From Monocercomonoides exilis PA203 (lineage: Eukaryota > Protista > Preaxostyla): a stretch of 64,000 nucleotides of DNA. Location of the stretch: NCBI GenBank assembly GCA_001643675.2, contig LSRY02000023.1:1282701-1346700 (forward strand), written 5' to 3'. Shown here piece after piece: positions 1 through 13,408 of the stretch. The position numbers and the translations under genes were made by a program. Numbering within the stretch: position 1 is the first letter of the stretch; each line of letters opens with the position of its first letter. The notes beneath the pieces were generated by a model. The model was not told where the DNA came from. It saw only the letters and a program-made list of their open reading frames with translations, and ran no database searches.

Positions 1-3000
1 ATGCCTTGAGTCTTCATTGCTGTTTCCTCTGCTCCTTCAATTGAAGAGTGACATTCCAACGAGCACATGCTGCTCTCATCCGATTTCACTGATATTCCAC
101 TCACATCAACACTTTTTTGGAGAATTCCTTTTCCAATGATGTTGACATGCCTTTCATTTCCTTCAGGCAATCGATCCAGAGAATAATCGATTGATTGGCA
201 AGGATAATCAGAAAGCCCACAAACACACACATCGCAACCTTCACCTCCAATGAATATTTCCGAACTAAATGTTCTCCAAAAATACGCCAATGGAATAGCA
301 TTCGTTGTGTCATTCCCATCAAAGCCTCTCATTGAATCCAATGAAATATCTGCCAGATGTTTGGATACAAATGGAAGAGAGGCATTTGTGATGCTCTTTG
401 TCAAGTTGGATGATTCAATAAAGAGGTCATTTCCATATCTCGCAACATTCGGATTGTCTGAATCAAAAACAGGGGATGAGATCACAAACGAAGAATCATC
501 ATCAATCAGCTTCAGTGCCATCCCTCCGCCAAACCCAATCTTCCGTTCTTCAGCAGGAGCTGTGCATCCTGTGAATGTGCATGAAATAATATTTATATGA
601 ATGCTCCCTTTCAGCTGAGCATCAATAGCCCCTCCTCTGCTTCCTTCAGCCAGCACAGAGCATTCATCAAAAATACATTCTTCAACATTTATTTGTGCAT
701 TTGCATTATCATCATGGCTGTTGTCAAAGCTCACACAGCCTCCACTTCCAGCTGTTCTTTCGATTTCTTTGAAATTGCAATTCGTCATGTTCAACCACAG
801 AGTGCTCATCAACTCGATATTTGTTCCACATCCAGACAATGAGATCAGAGGATTTCCACTCAAAGTGATTGATAAAGCTGTGAATTTGTCGATTGTCAAA
901 ATTCCTGATTCAACAGACAAGAACAGATATGTCAATTCAGATGATGGATTTTGAAGGGAAAGAGAGCAATGAGACAGAGTCATTGATGATGATGATGAAA
1001 TAAAAGTGGAGTGTGAAGAGAAAGAAGGAAGAAGAGAAAAGATGAGTTTTGATAATTCTGTTTCGACACTTGCTGTTATCATCGCTGAGTTTGATGTCTC
1101 GCTTGCATCAAAGACTGTCCAGCCACTTTTATCATCCTTTCCTCGTATTTCATGTTTCTGTCTCGCAAAGGCCAATTCATCGCTCATCGCAATTATTCCA
1201 TTCACTTTCACTTTCTTTGTGCCTGTTTGACGTGTGAGTGAGTGCTTCATTGTCAAGCAAGGGAATTGAATGATTCCACAATGAGAATGATCATATGCCT
1301 CAATGTTGCTCGCATACACTTCTTCTGGGGTGGGAAGAAGATAGATGCACAGAGGAATGGCCACACTGTTGTTTCCATTGTCATATCCTCTCACCTTCTC
1401 AACAGAATCCAAGGTGGCTGTCACACAAGTGATTTTTTGTGACTTTGTAGTTACTTCCAGATTAGGTGAAATGACGAAGATATCTTTTCCCCACTTGGCT
1501 GTGTTTGTGCCAAAGGAAGAAGAAATCAGGAAATCGGGATTGTCGTTCATCAATCGAAGAAGAATTCCTCCCCCAAGACCATTGGATGTTGAGCAATAGC
1601 ATCCATCCAAAGATCCGCCTTTCACTTTCACTTCATTTTCATTCCCAACACAAAGCATCATCAATCCTCCATCAGTTGATGTTGTGCTTCCACATTCTGA
1701 AAATGAACAAGAGTCCAGATCGATGTTTGCTTTATCATTGGAAAATGACATCACAGCTGCTCCACTGTTTGTTCTCCCAATCCCATCAAAGGTGCATTCA
1801 GAAAGTGTCAATGAAATCTTATTTACTGATGAAAGTGAAAACAACGAGACGGTGGAGATAGTCTTTGCCCAGTTCACATTTTCCATCTGCAGCATACCAT
1901 TCTGAACATTTATCAGTTCTGTGGTGAATGCTGTTTGTGCGGAGTGTCCGCTTCCAGCAGATATGTTTAGCGCACTTATCCTCAGCTCTCCTGCTCCAGT
2001 TATCTCAAACAGCCTTGAACCACGATTATTCGGATGAACAGAGTCATGCACAAGAATAAGGTTGCTTAAAGACAATTTTCCAAATAAGACAGAAAATAGA
2101 GACAAGCCAGCAAATTCCAATTTTGTTTCCACTGTAGTGCTCAAATCACTTTGTCCATAAATCGTGAAAGCACTGCCACCACAATGCACACATTCTGTCT
2201 CTCTAACAATTCCTGAAAATATCTCGACATCTGTTACAAAACCTGGAATCAGCTGAGTTAGGCAACGGCTGATGGTGTTGCATGGATAACTTTCGTTGAT
2301 TCCACACGCACACGTGTCTTTAGCGTTTGGTTGCGTTTCAGTCGATGACACAAATCTGATTCTTCCAAAATCGTTTCGAAGCCATTCACTTTTGTCCACA
2401 ATTTTTGAATAATCCAAGCTGACTCTGTTTTCAGTTTCCCTGGTCGAGAAACAGGTTGAATCAATATTACTTGTTGCAGATTCCTCTAGAACAATATCAT
2501 GTCCACCCAGATTGCACCAATTTTCATGAAAGAAACAGTAATAAAACAATGTTCCACTATTATTTGAATTTATTTGTTGTGAAACAGCTCCTCCTCCACT
2601 CATTGAGTAGCAATAACAGAACAGGCAATTAGATATTACCACTTGGTCAGTGCAATCCCAATGGAGAATTGAGCCACCAGCACCATTAGATGATCCATTA
2701 CATCGACAATCATCAAAAAATGAATTGGTAATACATTCTTTCTGTCTTTTCGTCATTGTTGGACGAAGGTCAATTGCTCCACCTTCATCTCCAGCCGAAC
2801 AGCTATGAAATCCACAGCTGTAAATAAGAGACTGTTCATAAACATTTTGGATCATAATTCCGCCACCTCCATAGCTTGATTTTGAAGAAGCAGAGCATTT
2901 ATAAAAGCTTGAATGAAGAACGATACACTCAGATATTTTGAAGGCATATATTCCACCGCCTCTCGTTGAAGAAGCATTGCATCTCGCGAAAGAACAATTC

Positions 3001-3941
3001 TCAACTGTGAGAATGGCACTTGCATTGTCATGCACATAAAGAGCGCCTCCTTGGGGTGCCGTGCAGTCAACCCATTCGCACAATGAAAACGATTGGCCTT
3101 CCGTTGTGTCCATTCGTTGTTTTCTTTCAAGATCATTCATTTCTCTCTTCCCAAAGTTTATTGTTGTGTTTTTGCAGATAAACTCTTGTGAAGAATAGGA
3201 TCCACTCGAGATCCCTCCTTCAAAGGCATTCACACACGAATAAATGAGTGTGTTCTCCATTGAGCTCAAGCAGCATGAATGCTCCGCAAAATGATCGCTA
3301 TTCATGTTATATTTCACAGACATGTTCCTGAAGGCACAATTATCAACCTGTTCACTTTGACTCTTTCCGGACAATAGGAAATAGGCTGACGATGAGACAA
3401 CCAGATCCGAAAACATGGAATTTCTCAAAATGACGGAATTCTTGTGATCAGATGAAATCATGAGACTTCCAGAGTGAATATTCATTTGAGGAATCACACT
3501 CAAGTTTGCCATGTTGATTGATCCGCTTTGAAGATGAAAAGGAGAATCTGACTTTTGGTGGAAAATGCAGGAATCCATCATGAGAGTTGAGTATTCTGTT
3601 ATAAGCACACATGGCGAGGATGAATGTTCAAGTGCCACATTTTTCAGTCCAAAAGTTGAATTGTAGAATTCCAAAAATGTATAAATCAAAGGAGATGTGC
3701 CTGTCTGCAATCCTTTTGTTTCGGTTAACTGGCTGAACATTATTACGTTATTTTCTGATGCTATTGCATTGTAATTAGCATCTTCTGGCTCATAACAATT
3801 CGAAGAAAAACGACAATTTTGAAAATAAATATTTGATATTTTATCCTGGTTCGTAAACGCATGATTCTGTGTGATAATATATCCTTCATTAACTTTTACA
3901 AGAAGAAAGCATGCTAAAGGAAACAAACACGTGCTCATCAT
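1..3941 (-). CDS. Large secreted/surface-type protein, cysteine- and GG-rich (beta-helix/pectin-lyase-like repeats likely); 3' end runs off the window
   Basis: ATG at 3941 gives MMSTCLFPLACFLLVKVN (signal-peptide-like). The frame appears to stay open to position 1 (ends ...AMKTQG), which would explain its absence from the ORF track. Repeated motifs GGALYV, GGGIY, GGAID, CG..xxPC, NCxF. Confidence 0.75.
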   Translation of the reverse strand, partial: MMSTCLFPLACFLLVKVNEGYIITQNHAFTNQDKISNIYFQNCRFSSNCYEPEDANYNAIASENNVIMFSQLTETKGLQTGTSPLIYTFLEFYNSTFGLKNVALEHSSSPCVLITEYSTLMMDSCIFHQKSDSPFHLQSGSINMANLSVIPQMNIHSGSLMISSDHKNSVILRNSMFSDLVVSSSAYFLLSGKSQSEQVDNCAFRNMSVKYNMNSDHFAEHSCCLSSMENTLIYSCVNAFEGGISSGSYSSQEFICKNTTINFGKREMNDLERKQRMDTTEGQSFSLCEWVDCTAPQGGALYVHDNASAILTVENCSFARCNASSTRGGGIYAFKISECIVLHSSFYKCSASSKSSYGGGGIMIQNVYEQSLIYSCGFHSCSAGDEGGAIDLRPTMTKRQKECITNSFFDDCRCNGSSNGAGGSILHWDCTDQVVISNCLFCYCYSMSGGGAVSQQINSNNSGTLFYYCFFHENWCNLGGHDIVLEESATSNIDSTCFSTRETENRVSLDYSKIVDKSEWLRNDFGRIRFVSSTETQPNAKDTCACGINESYPCNTISRCLTQLIPGFVTDVEIFSGIVRETECVHCGGSAFTIYGQSDLSTTVETKLEFAGLSLFSVLFGKLSLSNLILVHDSVHPNNRGSRLFEITGAGELRISALNISAGSGHSAQTAFTTELINVQNGMLQMENVNWAKTISTVSLFSLSSVNKISLTLSECTFDGIGRTNSGAAVMSFSNDKANIDLDSCSFSECGSTTSTDGGLMMLCVGNENEVKVKGGSLDGCYCSTSNGLGGGILLRLMNDNPDFLISSSFGTNTAKWGKDIFVISPNLEVTTKSQKITCVTATLDSVEKVRGYDNGNNSVAIPLCIYLLPTPEEVYASNIEAYDHSHCGIIQFPCLTMKHSLTRQTGTKKVKVNGIIAMSDELAFARQKHEIRGKDDKSGWTVFDASETSNSAMITASVETELSKLIFSLLPSFSSHSTFISSSSSMTLSHCSLSLQNPSSELTYLFLSVESGILTIDKFTALSITLSGNPLISLSGCGTNIELMSTLWLNMTNCNFKEIERTAGSGGCVSFDNSHDDNANAQINVEECIFDECSVLAEGSRGGAIDAQLKGSIHINIISCTFTGCTAPAEERKIGFGGGMALKLIDDDSSFVISSPVFDSDNPNVARYGNDLFIESSNLTKSITNASLPFVSKHLADISLDSMRGFDGNDTTNAIPLAYFWRTFSSEIFIGGEGCDVCVCGLSDYPCQSIDYSLDRLPEGNERHVNIIGKGILQKSVDVSGISVKSDESSMCSLECHSSIEGAEETAMKTQG

Positions 3942-4249
3942 GGACAAATTAACAATTTTATTTTTAAAATACTTAAATTACGTTTTTGATCAATAAATAT
4001 TTCTTTTTCATTTGTTTGTTATGAAAACATAAAAAACAACATTGAAAATAATTTGAAGATTGAAATTTGCTTTTGATTTATAACTATTCCATAAATATGA
4101 AAATCACTTTTTGTTGAATTAATGTATCCACAATAATTTGACAAACAGAAAAAATTTCAACCTGGTTAATTCAAAAAGAAAAGAAAAGTAAAGAAAAGAA
4201 AAAACTTTTCCATTTTCCTCTTTTCTTTTCAAAAAAATAACCTTTTTAA

Positions 4250-7200
4250 TGATTTATTTGCTCACAAGTTTAATGAGAGTTAAACAAACATTTGCTTATT
4301 CATTTCTTGTATCTCACAGACTCTCCTCTCTTCTCTTTCGAGAAGTCTTTTGTAACTTTAGCATCTTTCCTGATATTTCCACATCCCGTCTGATTTCATC
4401 AAGCAAAAGAAGAGCAATAAAACACCTTGCGAATAAATGGACGATTTGTGAGATCAAAATGAATGGAAAGAAAATTGATGCTCTCCAATGGAAACTGAAA
4501 GTGAATGTTGAGATTGAAGAAAATTAAAAATGATGAAGAAGAAATGGGAGGAGATAAAGATGATGAAAAAAATGAATGTGAAAAATAAGAAGAGGAAGAG
4601 GAAGAAGAAGAATTTCATGAAGAAGAAGGCGTTGAAGAAAACATAGAAGAAGCAGAAAAATTACATCGCCGAAGAAAGGAGAAATTTTTTGATTTTCTCT
4701 TTTGTTGGAAGTGAATGTTTCGAAAGTTGAGAACAAAAACGAATCAGAAACATGATAAATCGGCACATTTGGTGAGAAAATAGAAGAAGACGATGTTTCC
4801 ATCGACTCAAAAATATACAAAAGACGTTGCAGCCTTTCTCACCTTCCCCATCATCTCCATCTGATTCTCTGTTTGCTTCTTGCTGTTGCATAAATTTCTT
4901 TAAGCTTTCATCTTTTATCAATCAGTATGGCCTGCTTCTTTTCCTTCTTCGTCTTCTTCGTCTTCTTCTGTTATCCCATATGATTCAACAGCCTCTGGAA
5001 AGAATTTCTTTAGCAGACAAACAGACTATCTCTTTTCATTTTCGTATTTTTCCTGAGAAAGCTCAACCAAACTTGCCACTCCTCCATTTTCTGATAAGCG
5101 TTCATTGAAATTGTTTGTTCGCTTTCTGGAAACGTCAAACTATTCCAATCCTTCTCTTTCTTCTCTTCTTCTTCTTCTGACTCTTTTTCTAATCCATAAA
5201 AATCCTCTCACTTCAACATATAATTTGATTAATTCATTTCAAAAAAAAATCAAAAAAAAAAAAAAATAACAGCAAACCTTCTAATCATTTTCATAGGCAA
5301 TTTTCCGTTTTATATTGAATTGGCAACTGTTTTTACCAATTCAATTTCATTATACCATCCTTTTTCAAGTGTTTCATCATCTGATTCCCCAATCATCCTT
5401 TCCATCAGTTGTTTTTCCATCAAATGTAGCGATTTCTTGCTCTTCTGAAAAATGTGAAATTCATGTTTTCTGCCCAGATTCCATCTTTCTCATTGAAAAA
5501 TATCATTGTTTTTCGTCTGAAAATATCATCTCCAATTCCCTTCCCAATCCCTTCATCCTGGGCACTTTCAATATGAATTCGCTCTCCCAACTCGGTGGTC
5601 ACCCTGTACAACGAGATATAAACATTTCATTCATTTTCATTCTTTTCCATCTCCTGCCCTGAAAACAACGCAAAAACAATTAATAAGCAAATATTCATAT
5701 ATAGAAAAATAAATAAAGGCCAAACTGCCCTTCACACGTTTTTTTGCTTAACAGCTTCATTTCTACAGCCATCATCATTCAAAAATTCAATCTCTTCATT
5801 TCAGTCTCAGAATGGTTGAGTACAGCATGGAATGCAGCTCCACAAAATACATCGTGTATCTCACTGAAGGGTCTTCTCAGCCCGTACACATTGTGGTGGA
5901 TGTCCAGAGGTGTTTTTTCTGTTTTTGTCATGATCATCTCCTTTAATAATATTCTCAACAATCCAAAGCAATGTTTGATGTTTATCTCATCAACACATGG
6001 TACAGGAGATATATAGGGCAGAGAAGAGATGGAAGAGGATCGTTTGTGGCAAGTGGTGGGAGTTGAGTATATTTTTGAATGTTTATATTTCGAAAGGGGT
6101 TTTTGAATGAAAGAAAATTTGGAGACAAAGAGATGGGGAAGAGTGGGTGGAGATTTTGAGAAGATATTGCAGTAAACATATAGAGAAGTTGCTGGGGATG
6201 ATGAAGAAGGTGTTTATTGTTGATTGGAGAAATGGAATTTGAAAAGAAAGAAAAGAGGGCAAAAGCAGATGAGAGGAGGAAAATTGTGAAATATTCGAAT
6301 GGAAGAGGGATAACTTTCATGAGAGGAAAAGAATGTTTTATGGAAGAGAATGAAAAGATGAAGAAAAGGAGGGGATTGATATTTTCTGAGAAGTTCATGA
6401 GCTGAATGGAAGAGAGGAATGGAAAGGAATGGAAATCGAGAAAAATTCTCATTTTCTATTTTTCAGGGGAAAGGAGAGGAAATCGCAAAAAGAAATTCAA
6501 TTGACTTTGAAAAATCCAACTTGATTGATTTTCACAATCTGTTCGTCACAAATTTTGTGATTGAATTTTTTCTAACCAATCTGAAGTTTATACAGCAAGT
6601 GAGCCCTTTTGGCCAATCAACAACTTCATACATATTATTCTCAACATCATTAATATCTTTCGTCTGATTTCATTTCTCAATCATCTCATTAATTCACTTT
6701 CTTAACCTTCTTTTCCTTCTTCGTTTTTTTTCTCTAAATTCTTCTGATTCGACTTTGTTGTTTCCTATCATTTCCTGTTGGATAAGAACATTGACCTTCT
6801 GATTCATTTATTTCATTCAATTTGACAGAGCAGCAGTACGAGCCAAAGATAATGTGAATCGGTTTCTATTCTCTCAACAGCATCATTATCACTGTCAATG
6901 CCTTCTGTGGGATTGTTGAATGTGCATTTGAACTGTTTTCATCTTCCCTAGAGGCGCATTCCGCTCTGCTCCAGTACTTCGTACGGCTTCCGCGCTCCGG
7001 TTGTGCTGAACGGGGTGAATGGGCATCGCACGAGAAATGCAAGCGGAAGGGGGAAGGAGCTGCCAGATACGTCGCACTCATGCTCTTTCTTCGTGAAACT
7101 AGCAAGGAACGAAGAGAGGACAGCGTATTCAAATGGAAAAGGCAAAGAAGGCGGATATCAGAAGCAAATTCAGCGCAGAGCAGAGGAAAGAGATACAGCA

Positions 7201-9700
7201 GGAGGAGCCAAAGACGAAGACAAAGACGAAGGAGAAAGACGAGTTTTGCCCATAACAAGTTGACGCTTTCGACACAAGGCTTGCACAGGCTCAACGGAAA
7301 GAAGGTGGAGAGAAGAGTGAAGGTGATGATGACTACCATGAACAGCAGCAGACATTTTTCTCGTTCGACAGCACACTTTCATCTTCCCAGTTGCACACTC
7401 AAAATACCACAGCCTTCTCCACATTTGCTACTCCTCTTTTTTCTCCCTTGCCACACACGCAATTGTCTACCCCTTCTGTTCTTGTTGGCACTCCTCCAAA
7501 GCCACTCACTCCTTCATCTCCAGCCACAGACTTCTCTTCGCTCACACAAAAGTTTCTCTCCATATTCAGCCCAAGCTCTTCTTCTTTATCGTGCATGCCT
7601 TCATCATCTTCTTCTTCCTCTCCTTCGTATATTTCTTCCTTCTCGCTGCTTCCGCTTGTGACTGTGCCGATCCCTCGTGCGATTCTCTGGAAGAGCAGAT
7701 TGGGCAATGCAGGCGTGTTTGAAAGCAGCAGCGTGTTAGCCACAAGGGATGTGTTTGAGCAACAGAGGATGATGATGAACGAAGCAGCTTATGTGGCTAG
7801 AAAGTGGATTTTGATGGGTGGTGAGAAGGAGAGGAAGGAAGAGAAGAAGGAGGAGAAGAGGCGTGCAAATGAGTTTGAAAGTGATAAAGATGAAAAAGGA
7901 TCGTTGTGTCTTGCAGATGAATGCATCAATAATGAGAAAGAAGAAAAAGAAGAAGAGGAGGAAGAAGAGGAAGAAGAAGATGGATTTGACAAAGACATTA
8001 GAAAGGCTCAGAAAGAAAGAGGAGCGAAAGAAAAGAAGAAAAAAACAAAAGAGAAAAATTACCCTGTGAAGATTTTGACCAATGTTTGCTTATTTTTTCT
8101 GCCTGAAATCAAAAATCGAAGAAGGATTCAGCAGCAAATTATTGAAGCACCATTTACTTTCTCAACATTTGCATCTGCAAGCACATCAACTTCATTCACT
8201 TCTTCTTCGTTTCACACTTCATTATCATCTTCATTCTCTTCCTCCTCCTCCTCCTCCTCCTCCTCTTCATTGTCTCCTTCTTTGCCTTATTCATTTTCTT
8301 CATTTTCTTCTTTGCCTTCTTTGTCTTCGCCTTCATTAAAGCAAGCAATGTTTTCATCTTTTGCATCAGACTTTATCTCCTGCTCCAAATTTTTCAAAAT
8401 TTCTTTTCTATATCTTCTTCTTCTTCTTCGACACCTTCGTCGATGAGAAACAAATATATAACAGTTTTCTAATTGGGCAATTTTCCTCAAATTCTTCTCG
8501 AATCCCTGTATCCAATTTTCTTCCAGAAAAACAAAAGAAATACTTTTGTTATTGAAGAATATAAGATGAAAGAAAATGAGAATGGAAGCGATTCTATTCT
8601 TTGTTAAGAAAAGTCGATAAGCAGGAGCGAAGTGGAAAAGGAAATCGAATCTGTATTTTGCGTTAAGAGGTTGAAAAAGGCACATACGAAATCGAATGAA
8701 TATAAAAGCAATTCTTAAACAGAAAGTATGATCGAAGTGATGAGTTTCTTCAGATTTTGCAATGCTGCATGCCTTCAACATGTCGCAGAAGATGAAACGA
8801 TGAAGGGAACTTATTCATTTGAAAAAGCATATTTAATGGAAAATTCTATGAAACAAGAAAATAAATGCCCGACAAGCAATGTTGATTTCATCAAATGCAC
8901 AAAAGATGGTTTTATCTTTTTTATGTGTTTCATATCTTCAATTTTCTTCGACTCTGCCGTTAGCTCACTAATTTTCTAGAAAATCGATTCATGCAATAAT
9001 ATCAGCTTTGTGATTAGCATCTTTTTTTGAAGCCCTGCCGTATTGTGTGCGCTCTTGTGGAAAGTCTTTGCGAACTCGCGTTATATTTCTTTGATGTCAA
9101 GCTTTCCATCATCATACTTATAACCAGCAATATTCCCTTCAAGAAATATGAACTAATCGACATTCCAGTTGCTAAAATGCATCTGTTCTGTCATATCCAA
9201 CAACTGAGTCGTCTTTCTGAGTGATGTTTCCCATGAAGGTGAACAAGGGCTCTTTCACAGAAGCGACAAGGGATTCACACACAAAATGCGCATCCATTCT
9301 TCATGCTCCATAGCACACTTTTTGGATAACAAAGAAGCCGATGAACTTGGTGAGAAAAAAAACACGTGTTTCTATGGGAGATATGCAAGTGTTGTCAGAG
9401 TAATTGATGAACATCGCAATAAGAATGGAGCACAAAGTACTGAAAATGAAAGAGAATAATATCAGCGGTATTTTCTAAAGGAATATTTGGATAAATCGAT
9501 TCGAAACAGAAGGAAGAGGAGCTGTTAATTGAAAATAAAGTGGGAAGAGCATTTGATTCGAAAAATTAAAAAAGAAATGAAGAGGTTGAATCAGTCGTTC
9601 CGATTGATTGTTGATTCCTTTTCAACACAATCTCCATTTGATGAGTCCGTTGAACTGCACGGCTGGAACTGAAACTTGGTGATGAATTTTTAGCTGGATT
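4250..9700. pseudogene. Fragmented low-complexity (Ser/Glu/Lys-rich) gene remnants, including the 351-aa ORF 7391-8446
   Basis: Coding-like GAA/TCT-rich composition, but broken into short ORFs with many stops; no recognisable domain. Confidence 0.3.
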
Positions 9701-9709
9701 AACAAAAAA

Positions 9710-10192
9710 GGCAAGATGCTACTTTAAGGGTACCAGATTTTTTCGTTAAATCCATGAATAAATAGCTAAAAAATTCAATGCCAAGATATAATAAATACAT
9801 TAGGTAAATAATTACCAATTGATCAAAACAAAAAATGATTGAATGGTTTTTTATTCAAATCTTTAGTTTTACGAGACTTTTTTCAAACTTCATAAAAATA
9901 CTTTAATTGAGTTATTATCAACCCAAACAATTGCAAATAGCAATAATATTCAAATTTAAAAACCTGAAAATGTCTTTTTATTGTTATTTAATGAATTTAT
10001 CAAAAATAATTATTTAATATTTCAATTAGGGGTCAGTTGTTTTTGAGAACGAAAACCCTAAAAATGTTAAATGATTAATAAATCATATTGTCAACACCAA
10101 AGAGTGTTGATGAATGTTCACTCGAAAACATTAAGCCTTTTCATGAAGCTTATTTTAAAATTTTTTAGGTTCCCTTAAAGTAGCCTTTTGCC
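9710..10192. mobile_element. Non-autonomous TIR element (MITE-like), ~480 bp
   Basis: GCTACTTTAAGGGTACC (9718-9734) vs GGTTCCCTTAAAGTAGC (10168-10184): 16/17 inverted match, extendable to 22/25. No ORF inside. Confidence 0.5.
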
Positions 10193-11867
10193 ACAAAAAA
10201 CTCATTGGATTTTCTTTAAAATAATCAAATTTAATGTATTCGTGCAATTATGAATGTTCTTTTTCAAATTTTTACTTCATTGAGTTTTGTTTAACTTGTT
10301 AAGAAATAGTTATTTTCCTATGAAAGTTTGATTATTCTTTCTTTTTCAAAATATTTTTTTTAACTTGATCAAAAATTCTTTTTCTTTCAAAACACAAATG
10401 CATGCTTTTTATTTTTTAATAAAACAATAAAAGAAATATATATCACAGAAATAAAAGCTTTATGCTTATGAAAAATAAATTTATCTTTTTGATCAATTAA
10501 CACCACAATAGAATTTATTTCATTCTTTTTTTGATCTTTTTTTATGATATAAAAAAAAATCACCCATATTATGCTTCTCTCGAACAATTCTATTCGGCCT
10601 AAATATAATAAACATCGTTCATAATATATATTAAATCAAAAAAACGCAGCTTCCATAATAAAAACATTTCAATTTCGAATGAAATTTTATGAAACAATTA
10701 TTTCTTTATATTCAGATGATAGTTTTCAAAAAGCAGTGAAAAAGAAATGTAATTTATTCTCAAACAAATTAAAAACTTCAATAATAGATAATTGAGCTTG
10801 TTAACCTTTATAATTCCAAATAATTCAAATTAAAGAAATAACTCAAAAATATAATGTTATAATGGAATTTTCAGAATTTTCTCAAAGAAACTTGGTTTTC
10901 AAAAATTCAATCAAGATTCTTTTTAAATTCATTTATAAACATGAATTTTTACCTTTTTCATTTCATACCACAATTACTTAAAAAAGATCTTATTTCGAAC
11001 AAAGTTACAATATAAAAAATAATGACCCATTTTGTTTTATTCATAATTATCTTAAACTTTTTTCTAGAAAATATTTTTTCCTCTATTATTATGCATATTT
11101 ATCTCACCATTTCAATGATAAAAAGTTAAAAAAGTTTGGCACGAATCGAAAATTTTTAAATAAATGTAATATTTTCACCACATATGTGTGATTATTTATG
11201 AAATCAAAAATTTTCGAATGAATTTTTCAATTTGAAAATTTTAATTAGAATCATAGTAATTGAATATAGAAAAGTGAAAACTTAAATAAAAATCATCAGA
11301 GTCCATCTTTTTCATCGAAAATTGGTTTTTTATTTAATAGAAATATATCTCATATTTAAACAATTTCCAATTATTCATAACAAATAATTTTTCTTATCTT
11401 TAACACCCCGATAAAAGATATAGTCCTCAAAATAATACTCAATTCATAAATTAACAAGATAAAAAAACCCAAACTTATAAAAATTAGTCATAATATTTAT
11501 ATGAGATTAAAATTTTGTTTTTCCTCGTATTTCAAATATCCGGACATTTTCAAAAAACCGAACATCAGATTTGCTTATGGGCATTCTGATTTGAAAATAA
11601 CAATTCCAACTTTGTGTGATACTTTGGCTCGATATATATTAAATAATGCAATTATTTTAACAAAGCATCATTTAATAATCAAGAAAAAAAATATTAAAAG
11701 AAACATGTTATTCTATATTTTCAAAAATTCACTAAGTTATTTTTATATATGAAATAAAACAAAAGCAAATAATAAATATTAGAGTAATATATAAAGTTAA
11801 TCGATTGGAAAATGGTGCAAATGGATCGGAAGATAAATAAATTTTTCCACTAAAAAATTCTTTTGTT

Positions 11868-13235
11868 TTATCCATTAAGAATGGAGAAACAATAACCTTG
11901 TCTGGCTTCGTTAATGGAAGGGAATTGCACACGAGTTTTTTTGTTAAGTGTACACATTCCTGAATCCCTGCAAGAAGCAATGACTGTTGCGGTGGACAAA
12001 TCATGATGCAGTGCGATCTGAAGCCTCCCAATAAAATGTGTTCTTCTTCCTTCTGCTGAGTCATTGAAAACATCAGTGTCACTTTCTCCAAGCTTGCTTT
12101 TCAAGTTGGATTTAGCATATTTGTCTAACGATAGAATGAGATGAGATGAATGCAAAGGAGGAAGTGTTGTATTAATTTTATACTTTGATGCCAAGCTAAT
12201 TATGTTTGAAGTTACATGAGAATGAAGGGAGTCCATGTAAATAAACGCATTTGCAAAATTTTCTGCAATTGAGCTTCTTCAATATTCGATAGCTGGAATG
12301 ACAGAATTAAGAAAAATGAATTCAATTCTTTCTTTAGTCATTGGAACAGTTTCTGTAGGAATAATTAACAATTCTCGACTGTTTGCCATTTTGTATTCCT
12401 TTGGAACATCTTTGCCGGAAAATATCATACATGCCCTTTGGTGAGTTCCGTCAGCAGCAATAACTATCAACAACGATGTATTTTGGTAGTGCGATTGCTG
12501 CCTTTGCATTTGTGCAGGAGCATCAGTTATTGTTATGACTTTAATAATTTTCTCTCCTCGCTAGTAATGCAACATTCATCAAGATTGAACACGAGTTGTG
12601 GAAGATAATTATGATCATGATATAGTTTTTCCAATCGATCAAACCATCTTCCAATACACTCTTGAGTGCTGTGAGCAACTCGTGCCGCTGGAATTTGAAC
12701 AGGTGTTTTAAATAAGAGATCTTCACTTTTTTTGATAACGTTGTGAGCCCAAGAGCGACAAACTGAATGGTCAATAATTTCCTCTTTTGGTTTATTTTGA
12801 ATTAGGCTTTAAGCCTGAAAGATAATTAAAAAAAAAAAAGCAATTTAAAAAAAGAAAAAACAATTTTGTGACAATAAAAAACCTAAAACAAATAATAACA
12901 CAAACCAACAATCGAGCCTCCTTAATTGTTTTGTGTTTATTGTCCCTAGCGAAATTTGAAAGTTCTTCTTTGAATATTGCAGTTTTTTCTTTGTTCAAAG
13001 CAGGAGGTCTGCCTTTAACTAAGCAATCTCTCCCATCTTTGACAGCTTCGATTGCTCTATTGAGAGCGCTTCTGTTTATTAATGCTGCCGAAACAATGAT
13101 GCATTTCTTTATTCCATGATCAATATAAATGTGTGCGCATCTTTCGATTTTGTTTTCATAACGACTGTATTCTGCATCTTCAAGCAACTTAATAACTCTC
13201 GAAAAATCATCTAAATAATAATAATGAAGTTTCAA
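11868..13235 (-). pseudogene. Degenerate pogo/Tigger-like (Tc1-mariner, DD35D) transposase
   Basis: Fragments in different frames: GRPPAL (HTH region), LVFNLDE (~12570-12597), IAADG, and DSLHSH...PPLHSSHLILSLD with 35 residues between the last two Asp. Frameshifts and stops. Confidence 0.75.
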
Positions 13236-13408
13236 AGCAAAACAAAATTCAAACCATCTCGATCTTCTTCCATGCTCATGGAAAACAAAACTTTTGATTG
13301 ATCAAAAAATTCCGAATAAACCAAAACAAAATCTAAATAAGGAATAGATCATTTTAATCAGTATACCCATTTAAAAAAACAAATAACCGGTTAAATGAAA
13401 ACCTACCA

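Noticed and set aside
11402-11411. AACACCCCGA complementary to 13412-13421 as a TIR of the decayed pogo
   Set aside because: Only 10 bp, and the partner lies inside the neighbouring element's TIR; insufficient support.
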